A stretch of 64,000 nucleotides of DNA from Octopus bimaculoides (Eukaryota), in contig NC_068983.1 of assembly GCF_001194135.2 (NCBI RefSeq), positions 141,768,920 through 141,832,919 of the forward strand. The letters are read 5' to 3'. The translations under genes were made by a program, and so were the position numbers. The notes beneath the pieces are model-generated. The model had not been told where the DNA came from and made no database searches. It worked only from the letters and a program-made list of their open reading frames with translations. Each line of letters starts with the position of its first letter. The stretch's first letter is position 1. Positions 53,394 through 64,000 of the stretch are shown one piece after another.

Positions 53394-54238
53394 CCGTGAC
53401 GGATACCTTAAATGATAATCAAGACCGTGAATTTTCGGGAAAAGGTACCTGTGATAAGCTAATCCTCATTTGTAAATCATATGAACTGGGCCAGTGGTTA
53501 CTTACGATTTGCGAAAAGATTTACATTCTATCACTTCGGACTTCAGTCACTAACAAATGGGAAAGAAACTCTTCCTTGAAGAAAGACGCCATGAGGAACG
53601 TACCACCAGTAAACAGGAAGTTCATACGTTTGTAATTATCTCCCTTAACAAATGCAATTTCGTTTAGCGTCAAGTTAAAATATACTTTTCTGCAACATAT
53701 TTTGTTATGCATATATTAACATATATGCTTGTAAGTGCATCTAGACACATAATTAAAGTAGAAATCTTTTCATAAAAGTCATTATATATATATGTGATAG
53801 TAACGTAAATAACTATAGATACATAGAGTGAGATACAGGTAGGAACCGTACACGTACATAGTGTGGGCGTTCGCGTGTGTGTGTGTATGTGTGTAAATAT
53901 ATACATATATACATATCTCACAGCATCCTGACACAGAAATCTCATCTAAATTTCTTCTTTCCGTCTCTGTCTTAAACCCATTTTCCCTGTCCTAGCTACA
54001 TTCTTTCTGAAAGGCGATATTTGCAACTATGAGAAATCCATTCTCCCCACAGCTAATCTGAGCGCAACAAAGTGGTTATTATCTAGCTCAAATTCTCTCT
54101 TCTCAATTATTCCTATGTCAAATACCAAACGCTTCTGTTTACTCAAAGTCAGTTTCAACCCACTTTGCATTTACCTCTGTCCTCTCACCCTCCAGTCAAC
54201 GAGCTACTCAGTGTTGCCAGTTATATACTAACAAACAA

Positions 54239-54283
<45 letters not shown>

Positions 54284-55365
54284 TAGACAGAATGAGAGGT
54301 GAGGCTGAAACAACCAGCTAAACATATTTAAAAACAACATACAGACACATAAAAAGATAGATGGACAGATTGGTTAAATTTTACTGCAGTCGTTGGAAAG
54401 ATTAGTACGAGCGCTCATCGTGACTTACCAATGAAGAACATGTTGATTTGCTATGTCTGATATTAGAGACAAGATCAAAGGTTATCAAAACCGAGAAAAG
54501 CAAGCTATATTTCGCCACTATTCAGACGGTGAAGTAAATACGCCTATCAGATAAGCTCAATCTGTTTTGTCTTGTGATGTATTAACAAAATCTTGTGCTA
54601 ATACATCTCTAAATACAGAAGATTTTCCACCGATAGAAAGGAACCAATAGACTATTACTATTAAATTGTGCAAGACGAGCTTTATATCTTTACATTGAGT
54701 CAACGTCTCATATTTATAGAGAAGATAGGAATGTTGTGAAATCCATGCCATTTCCAAAAGTATGAGCGACATCCAACACGTGTGTGTGTGTGTGTGTGAA
54801 TGTCTGATTCAGCCATATAGATCGGTGGTTCTTGACCGGGGTCTATTTGGCCTTTGGGGGTCCGTATGGCTCTTGGATGTCTATATTGCCCTTAGGGGCC
54901 CCATATAAGATTTTATTGCTAAAATTTATCTGCAATAAATTGGTTATACTTCTGCAAGATACATTTGTGCTTTTAGCCTCCACCTTTGGCTGTTTAAAAT
55001 AGGTATGTATGTATGTATGTATGTATGTACGTATGATAAACTGGGCTTTTAAAACAAAATATGTTTGAATATTTTCTGTCCATATCCCAATTTTACAACA
55101 TGTTACAAACATCCTTGATATTGGTCACAAATGAAGGTATTATATTTGCTGCGTCGAAGCGGGGAAAGCTGAAACTTCCTAAATCCCAAACAAATCACGA
55201 AGGCACGTACAATCAAACTTTTCCCCTTTTAAAAATTAATAAATATGAACTCTACTGAAAAGTATTTAGTGATCCTTCAATTTAACGTGAAATTGTTTTT
55301 ATATATAACTTTACAAGAAAAGAAATACTAATACACATACGCTCGCGGGCATGCACACGCGTGTG

Positions 55366-55397
<32 letters not shown>

Positions 55398-55759
55398 NNN
55401 NNNNNNNNNNNNNNNNNNNNNNNNNNNNNNNNNNNNNNNNNNNNNNNNNNNNNNNNNNNNNNNNNNNNNNNNNNNNNNNNNNNNNNNNNNNNNNNNNNNN
55501 NNNNNNNNNNNNNNNNNNNNNNNNNNNNNNNNNNNNNNNNNNNNNNNNNNNNNNNNNNNNNNNNNNNNNNNNNNNNNNNNNNNNNNNNNNNNNNNNNNNN
55601 NNNNNNNNNNNNNNNNNNNNNNNNNNNNNNNNNNNNNNNNNNNNNNNNNNNNNNNNNNNNNNNNNNNNNNNNNNNNNNNNNNNNNNNNNNNNNNNNNNNN
55701 NNNNNNNNNNNNNNNNNNNNNNNNNNNNNNNNNNNNNNNNNNNNNNNNNNNNNNNNNNN

Positions 55760-56063
55760 AATTAACGTGCAAGTGGTTGAGCACTCCACAGACACTTGTA
55801 CCCTTAACGTAGTTCTCAGGGAGATTCAGCGTGACACAGTGTGACAAGGCTGACCCTTTGAATTACAGGCACAGAAAGTAAGAGTGAGAGAAAGTTTGTG
55901 GTGAAAGAGTACAGCAGGGTTCGCTACCATCCCCTGTCGGAGCCTCGTGGAGCTTTAGGTGTTTTCGCTCAATAAACACTCACAACGCCCGGTGTGGGAA
56001 TCGAAACCGCGATCCTATGACTGCGTATCCGCTGCCCTAACCACTGGGCCATTACGCCTCCAC
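55760..56063 (-). mobile_element. SINE family C (3' end in a gap)
   Basis: Reverse complement of the 45228 and 60651 copies. Confidence 0.88.
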
Positions 56064-56423
56064 GGACCACAATGTTAAACCAACCAATATTTATTCTACA
56101 TCTAGATCTCGATGCTCCTTTGTCGCTCTCTCCGTTAGAAATATGAACCAGTGATTGGCCTGTTCTAAGCCTATTCCCGACGACGGCTTCAAATCCAGCA
56201 TTTTCGTTATAGTTCTTTGTCTTGAGATTTCACTTTTGTTTAATTTATGTTACATTTTGTTTGTGGGGTGGGAGTATTCATAGTGTACTAGTACGGCATG
56301 GTTTTTTATATATCAAGTACTAAAATTATTATAAAACGTATCTCATGTAACTGCTGCACTACTGTTGTTTTAATTCTTTTCATTTCTAATGAAGTCCATT
56401 TCCTTGTTTTTAGCTTCTTTTTA

Positions 56424-56456
<33 letters not shown>

Positions 56457-57419
56457 NNNNNNNNNNNNNNNNNNNNNNNNNNNNNNNNNNNNNNNNNNNN
56501 NNNNNNNNNNNNNNNNNNNNNNNNNNNNNNNNNNNNNNNNNNNNNNNNNNNNNNNNNNNNNNNNNNNNNNNNNNNNNNNNNNNNNNNNNNNNNNNNNNNN
56601 NNNNNNNNNNNNNNNNNNNNNNNNNNNNNNNNNNNNNNNNNNNNNNNNNNNNNNNNNNNNNNNNNNNNNNNNNNNNNNNNNNNNNNNNNNNNNNNNNNNN
56701 NNNNNNNNNNNNNNNNNNNNNNNNNNNNNNNNNNNNNNNNNNNNNNNNNNNNNNNNNNNNNNNNNNNNNNNNNNNNNNNNNNNNNNNNNNNNNNNNNNNN
56801 NNNNNNNNNNNNNNNNNNNNNNNNNNNNNNNNNNNNNNNNNNNNNNNNNNNNNNNNNNNNNNNNNNNNNNNNNNNNNNNNNNNNNNNNNNNNNNNNNNNN
56901 NNNNNNNNNNNNNNNNNNNNNNNNNNNNNNNNNNNNNNNNNNNNNNNNNNNNNNNNNNNNNNNNNNNNNNNNNNNNNNNNNNNNNNNNNNNNNNNNNNNN
57001 NNNNNNNNNNNNNNNNNNNNNNNNNNNNNNNNNNNNNNNNNNNNNNNNNNNNNNNNNNNNNNNNNNNNNNNNNNNNNNNNNNNNNNNNNNNNNNNNNNNN
57101 NNNNNNNNNNNNNNNNNNNNNNNNNNNNNNNNNNNNNNNNNNNNNNNNNNNNNNNNNNNNNNNNNNNNNNNNNNNNNNNNNNNNNNNNNNNNNNNNNNNN
57201 NNNNNNNNNNNNNNNNNNNNNNNNNNNNNNNNNNNNNNNNNNNNNNNNNNNNNNNNNNNNNNNNNNNNNNNNNNNNNNNNNNNNNNNNNNNNNNNNNNNN
57301 NNNNNNNNNNNNNNNNNNNNNNNNNNNNNNNNNNNNNNNNNNNNNNNNNNNNNNNNNNNNNNNNNNNNNNNNNNNNNNNNNNNNNNNNNNNNNNNNNNNN
57401 NNNNNNNNNNNNNNNNNNN
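56457..57419. other. Largest assembly gap (others start near 6557, 7420, 9045, 9398, 14794, 19810, 21832, 28187, 29145, 34844, 37519, 53277 and 55398)
   Basis: Runs of N, nearly all bordered by microsatellites or homopolymers. Confidence 1.
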
Positions 57420-57500
57420 TAATTTATATTTTCATTTTTCTTTAAACCGCTCAGAATTTTTTGCATGTATTGGTGTTGTTGTTGTTGTTGTTGTTGTTAA

Positions 57501-57672
57501 GGCGGCGAGCTGGCAGAATCGTTAGCACGCCGGGCAAAATGCTTAGCGGCATTTTGTCCGTCTTTACGTTCTGAGTTCAAATTCCGCTGTGGTCGACTAT
57601 GCCTTTCATTTTTCGGACTTAAATCCTCTCCCAAAATTTCAGGCCTTGTGCCTATAGTAGAAAGGATTATTA
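57501..57672 (+). mobile_element. SINE family A with an internal deletion, inserted after (GTT)n
   Basis: Head and tail present; central domain shortened. Confidence 0.8.
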
Positions 57673-58672
57673 TTACCTCCGCCTTCGCTAATGCGGAAGT
57701 ATTGTTTCAGTCGTGTGTGTTTGTTTGTTTTCCGTGGACAAGATATCTCAAGAACCGCTGAATGAATTCGGATAAAACTTTCAGGGATGTTTGGCCTCGT
57801 GACTGGCACGAATTGATTAGATTTTGGGATCGATCTGACACCGGACAAGGATTCTGGATTATTTATTATATTTACTTTACATGAAGTATTACAATCTTAC
57901 GTAGACTTTCAAGTCTTTCTTTGATTATCTCCCTTGAAAACACGCTCATGGTTTCCACGTAAGCTATGGCGACGTTGCTGTTTCCAAAGTTTTATTTTCA
58001 TTTTTCTATTATCAATTTTACTCGCATCTCTATCTTAGTAGAAACTGATGGATAAAGAAATCAAACTACATAAACAAACGGCAGCAAAACCGTTCAGATA
58101 TTAAATAACACTAACATATTCAGTAACAATAATAAATTTGATTTATCCTCGACAATTTCTAGTTTTACCAATTTTGAATATATCGCTCCTCTTACCTAGT
58201 TGACAATTGTATTTCTAGCTCTGTCTTGAAGAAAGGTTTACTTCTTGGACTCACGTTTTTGCGCACAACGTATAGGTCCTTTCCGTTTTCTTTCACGCAC
58301 GGATAAATTTTTCACTATAGACCTTAATGGCCGTAAAGACACTATATCAGTGGATAGACTAAAAGAGGCATTCATGGAGAAAACTGTTCCTGTTTCCACT
58401 ACAGACGACACACAAACACAGCACTACAAACACGACCTGCACACCAACCTTCACATTCCATGACTACTATTGAGATCGATCAGGTACTGGACAAGGATTC
58501 TGGATTATTTTTCCGGTATTTTTGCTTAATTTGGAGATCGATCAGGTTCATTTTTAGAATTCTCGTTTGTGAGAGCAGTCGAGTTTATTTCAGATATTCT
58601 CATTTTAAAAATCATCGTTGAGAGGAAATTGGTGTTGCCTTGGCGGAGGTTTGTGCTCTCTGAGTGCTCTTA
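57672..58672 (+). mobile_element. Helentron-associated (HINE/DINE-1-like) element interrupted by ~610 nt of foreign sequence
   Basis: Subterminal inverted repeats ACCTCCGCC (57675-57683) / GGCGGAGGT (58642-58650), a 3' hairpin GTGCTC-TCT-GAGTGC, and T-rich flanks. Confidence 0.65.
58245..58463 (+). pseudogene. Ty3/gypsy integrase C-terminal (GPY/F) fragment
   Basis: IGPFRFLSRTDKFFTIDLNGRKDTISVDRLKEAF matches the gypsy integrase C-terminal pattern GP[FY].V..R..K.F......R.D.VS.DRLK.AF. Confidence 0.75.
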
Positions 58673-59240
58673 TTATTGTCATCATTTTCCCATTGATTTA
58701 CATTTTATTTCATCTTTTGACCGGGTCTTAACCAGACACCTAAGGCATGTATATATTAGATGGAGAGAAACTTCCGTAGAATGTAGGCGGTTGATGTCAA
58801 CACAATTTTTTTGAGTCTCATAGATTGTTGGTTTCCCAGGGATCTGGTCAAAAAATTGTCAATACCTTTCTTGATCATACCCACAACACCTACGATAACA
58901 GGAATGGTTTTGACTTTTAACTGCCACGTCCTAGATATCTAAACCTCAAGGTCCTTATATTTCGACAGTTTTCCGAATTCTTTTGCTGAGATCTTTCTGT
59001 CAGTAGGCACTGTCATATCAATTAACAGGCATGTTTTTTTGTTTTAAGTTTTTATCATTATTTACCTGTCTGTATGTATTCCATAATCCCATAGGCTGGT
59101 AACATTCTTTCCTTCAGTGACTGGCTCTCGATGGTGTTCATACTAGCTCTAAGAGTGCGCGATATCACAGTGACGGCATATTCTCTGGTGCAAGTATTGG
59201 CCAACTCGATCATGCCTGTTTTTATAATGTTTAGGAGCAA
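58670..59240 (-). mobile_element. 3' end of an R4/Dong-type non-LTR element (restriction-like endonuclease domain)
   Basis: Minus strand reads HYKNRHDRVGQYLH..YEHHREPVTEGK..LWDY.IHTDR..TCLLIDMTVPTDRKISAKEFGKLSKYKDLE..W..KTIPVIVG..QKIVLTSTAYILRKFLSI* (RHD, D and K motifs of the REL domain). Stop at 58756-58758, then a short UTR ending in AATAATAA. Confidence 0.85.
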
Positions 59241-59294
59241 GGACTGAGCTCCTTCAAATTTCAGGCCTTGTGCCTATAGTAGAAAGGATTATTG

Positions 59295-59349
<55 letters not shown>

Positions 59350-60650
59350 GTTTCTATGCCCTTTGAAATATCAGTGCCTAATGCCAGAGATCTGGACTAA
59401 ATACATTGCTATATCCTATTTCTGAGTTCAAATCTTCCGAGGAAATCAGGTTTGTACTCAGGTTGAGTGCTCATTGACACATTTCCGACTTACTTGTAGA
59501 TTTCCTTATTTAAGAATTCGTAATTTCTTTATACATGCAGTAATTAGGTTAAATAAGTTAAACAAGTGTTGATATTCGTAGTGGCTTAAATAGACACACA
59601 AGTTTCTAATATATCTAAATGTTTGATGTTTGTATGCATGTATGTATGTATGTATGTATGTATGTAGGTAGGTAGGTAGGTTTGTATCAATGTATAGCAT
59701 ATTTTCTCATGTGTTTCAACCGCCGTTCACATTAGACACATCCAAGTATCTTTGTAAGATATCTCATTTTTATCCGTAACCCAAATCGTCAGGGCCAGTT
59801 AATATGTCACGTTTTGCGTCTGTAACCGAAACATACAAACTTCTTGATAAAATTCATTTGTAAATAAGGCTAAGTTCCTGTATCGTGGATAGCAGTTAAT
59901 TCTAATGTTTCAGTGACAAGGTCACCATTAAATACTTACCAAACTGGTAAATAATATATATCTGCATCAGCTAATTTGCTAAAGACAAGATTATTGTTTA
60001 CGATGCGTTAATGTAAAGATTGCCCGACAATATTAAATAATGGACACTGGAGGCGTTTTTTATGTTTTCTAGGCGTAATAGCCCACTTCATTTATTTAAA
60101 CTTGCTGAATTGTTGGAGAATAGGAAGTTGGGAAAGTTATTTGCAGATACATAGCCGCCTATCCAGAAGAAAACTTGTCTCAGTCAGATTTTTAAATAAT
60201 ACTAAATCTATTGCACAATGGAGAGGTTTCTACGTGTTCGCTTGATCTGCAAGAAATAACAGTCAAAGCTTCCTCGTCAGTCCATATCTCTTTAAAAAAG
60301 AAAGTGCGTATTAGGTTATGAGGTGTTAGATACCACTAAAAAGTTGTGGTCACGGTGGGGATGTTTTCGATTATAGGGCTACGTAAGTAGTATTTACCTG
60401 TGGCTAAATCATAGGAACACTTTTCCTGTTTCCTTTTCTGCCTCAAATTAGTGATTATAATATTTAACATATCTTTAAATGCTGTAATAACTGAAAGGAT
60501 TTATTAATCCTGAATTATAACATCAAAGATTGAAACAGAACACTATTATCTGAAATGGATATCAGCCGAATATATGATTTTCGCTGATATATTTAGGAAT
60601 TACCCAGGAACTGAGATAGTTATGGTTGTTGTCAATTTATTTTCTAAGGG

Positions 60651-61042
60651 GAGTGGAGGCACAATGGTCCAGTGGTTAGGGCAGCAGACTCGCGGTCATA
60701 AGATTGCGGTTTCGATTCCCAGACCGGGCGTTGAGAGTGTTTATTGAGCGAAAACACCTAAGGCTCTACGAGGCTCCGGCAGGGGATGGTGGCGAACCCT
60801 GCTGTACTCTTCCACCACAACTTTCTCTCACTCTTACTTCCTGTTTCTGTTGTGCCTGTAATTCAAAGGGTCAGCCTTGTCACACTGTGTCACGCTGAAT
60901 ATCCCCGAGAACTACGTTAAGGGTACACTTGTCGGTGGAGTGCTCAGCCACTTGCACGTTAATTTCACGAGCAGGCTGTTCCGTTGATCGGATCAACTGG
61001 AACCCTCGACGTCGTAAGCGACGGAGTGCCAACAACAACAAC
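60651..61042 (+). mobile_element. SINE family C, full length with a 12-bp TSD
   Basis: TSD ATTTTCTAAGGG at 60639-60650 and 61043-61054, with a (CAA)n tail. Confidence 0.92.
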
Positions 61043-61354
61043 ATTTTCTAAGGGATAATACGATTATCTGAAGTGAAATATTCTGTTGTCACCAATGTTA
61101 TTATTGTTTGCATCATTAAAGACGAACATAACTTTCAATAAGTTGTTGATTGACCTGAGGGTTCGCCTTCATGAATATGATTGCTGGTGCCTCTCAGCGG
61201 TGACTCAATTAAGGATCATGTCACAGATAATGCCGATTTTGTTTTTAGTTTTCGTGATAATTATGCACAGAGTTGCCAATATAGTTGTCTTTATATGTTA
61301 CCAGCATCCAATAGCAACGAGCCCCAATATTCCTTCTATCGCACTGTCCTCTCT

Positions 61355-61438
61355 CTTCTTCTTCTTCTTCTTCTTCTTCTTCTTCTTCTTCTTCTTCTTC
61401 TTCTTCTTCTTCTTCTTCTTCTTCTTCTTCTTCTTCTT
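61355..61438. repeat. (CTT)n microsatellite
   Basis: Directly visible. Confidence 0.98.
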
Positions 61439-62152
61439 CCTTTCCCTTGTTTCCTCCAAGATTCTTTTGTCGTACAGCAATGCTTACCTGTGAAAACTTC
61501 AATAATAAAAAGTTTAAACCTCTAACGCAGTAAAGCATATTTTCAGTAGGTAATGAACTTCAACTATGAACATTTTCAATAACTTAATGATAATTTAAAT
61601 TCATGCCAGAAATCAATATTAATAACTTTCAACTACTTAAAATATTGTGGGGAAAAAGAAGACAGTATTTTTGATAGAAATTTCAGAAATGATATCATTA
61701 CAATATTGAGACTTATTTTATCGATGGTTAGAATTAGCTGAGTTGACACATGGAATTTTATCTCAGAAATGAGAGAAAAAAACGAACTAAATACTATAAA
61801 CCATTCAGTCCGGCACTTCTAATGTTGTATTTCTCCTCTGCCATACTAAATGTATATCAATAATTTGATTACTTCCTTTCGAAAGATCGATCCTATCTTC
61901 CATTTCTTTTTGGATCGATGCTACAGTATCAACAATGGAGGATTAAACTTTATTCTTTCCTGAATAAAAAAGAAAATAAACTTATACAAGCATAGGAAAG
62001 CAATAATAACAGTATATGACTTAAAAACGGAGTCACTATGCAGCAGTCAACGACTTGTTAGAAATAATCCAAGGTCTTAAGACTGTTCATTTCTCCTGGA
62101 ATTTTAAACGAGGTATGATCGTGTTTTCAATTATGTTTCAACAAAAACCAGT

Positions 62153-62196
<44 letters not shown>

Positions 62197-63817
62197 TATA
62201 TCTATGTATATATCTGCGTTTGTGCGTATGTATGTCGTATGTATGTATGTATGTATGGATGTATGTATGTACGTACGTACACGACATTTAATCTGCTTCA
62301 TGAACGTGATAGTATGAAAGCAACGGCAAACTCGGTGTAGTGACAGATGAAGTGTCAGAATATACATACATACATACATACATACATACATACATGGTGG
62401 TAATGAGCAGATTTTTACACCATTTTACCATAAGAGAACATTCTTATCTATTGTAACTACAGTGAATTTGCTTTTTAGCAGTTGAAATGCGTCACAAACA
62501 TGTTTTAACTAATTTAAATTTTGATTATGCCTAAACACTGCTTAGGGCTAATAATTCGGTAATTTTCACGACCTGGCGGTCTACTGGCGCATGTCTGCGT
62601 TGTTGACTGTAGTTTAGTTAATGCTATGGCTTTATACAATCTGTTCAGAGTTGTCTCTCTTAGGTATCTCCCACTGATAAAAGCCAGGGAGCTGCAAACA
62701 TCGATTTCTGGGAATCCTGGTGGGTGGCAACACTGAACAGAAATAGTGTTTTACATTTTTTCACCATAAGAGAAAATTTTTCTCTCCGGTAACTGCAGTC
62801 GAAATTTGTCACAAACATATTCTAACTAACCTAAACTTTGCATATATATCTCTATATATATCGGAACTAGCCATCACTCGCGAATGAGAATGACTTGATA
62901 ACATGTACTATGCTTTCGCTAATCTTTTGAGTGTGCCTGTAGTAGTGAACAGACTTAGACAACTTTTTGGCTCTCTCACCCTTTGATCCAGTCGCACAGC
63001 TGCAAAAGCATTCTGCTGGTATTTATTTACAGCTGAGTTGACTGGAACAACTTGAAATGAAATGCTCTGCTCAAGGATTTGAACCCGCGATATTTTGATC
63101 GTAAGCCAAACATCTTAAACAGTAGACAATGTGCCTTCACACACACACACACATATACATACATACATACATACATACATACACACACACATACATACAT
63201 ACACACACATTGTTTCACAAATGTACACAAGCATCCAATGATGCACAAATAAATCAGCAGCGTTACATAAAACTGTCTTTTCTGTCTCTAATAACATTAC
63301 TATAATTATCACTTTGGAATGTTACGTTATAAAACATCAAAATATCTAGGTTATTTACCAATGTGAGAGACAACAAACAAAGTGGCTTCCAAGCAAACAT
63401 CTAACTCCTCTCGATATCAAGGATAATATATTAGATTATGTAGAACTCATGAAGAGATGCCTCTTAAGACGTGATATTTCTCCCTATCTTGCAAATGATA
63501 ATACAACTATTTTAGTTCATCACATCTATGTTTCTCATCAAGTCACTTCCCATGTTTCCCTTCTGAATACCTGAATAAACCTACTCCCCAGTGATTATAA
63601 TTCATCTCTGTGGCTCTCAGTAATCGTACATGCATGTACATACACATTCATACGAACACGCGCGTGCGCGCACTTACACACGTATGTGTATGTATGTATG
63701 AATATGTGTGTGTATATAGTACGTGTAAATATTTATGCCTATATAAACTGTGCCTAAGGTTTTCGACAATAACTTATATTTGTGTGAAAGTTTACTTTTA
63801 CTGATATGTAGATAGAT

Positions 63818-63853
<36 letters not shown>

Positions 63854-64000
63854 GGACAGACGGACGGTCGGACGGACGGACGGACGGACAGACGGACGGA
63901 CGGACGGACGGACGGACGGACAGATAGACGGACGGACAAGTAAGTAGGTAGGTCGCTAGTTAGGTAGGTAAGTAGGTAGGTAAGTAGGTAGGCAAGTAGC

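Overview
AT-rich eukaryotic draft-scaffold DNA with about 14 N-gaps and very dense microsatellites. The repeat families look like those of an octopod cephalopod (my recognition, not a database result). There are no prokaryotic operons, CRISPR arrays, rRNA or intact tRNA genes. Two in-phase + strand exons of one host gene are supportable: 39713-39861 (C-terminal part of a Zasp/PDLIM-type PDZ domain) and 49535-50753 (406-codon Ser/Pro/Tyr-rich exon with a PPxY motif and a 16-Pro run). The exon encoding the start of the PDZ domain and any later exons were not found. The rest is transposon debris: at least three tRNA-derived SINE families, remnants of Penelope-like, Tx1/L1, RTE and R4/Dong non-LTR elements, a gypsy integrase tail, a solo LTR, and Tigger, mariner and Helitron/Helentron-type elements. 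The most striking observation is a set of type I hammerhead-ribozyme (HHR) motifs of four unrelated sequence families. Three families occur as divergent inverted pairs inside fold-back elements (2.2-2.7, 15.4-15.6 and 36.1-36.5 kb) and one as a single copy (8.7 kb). Four of the seven cores begin CCGA instead of canonical CUGA.
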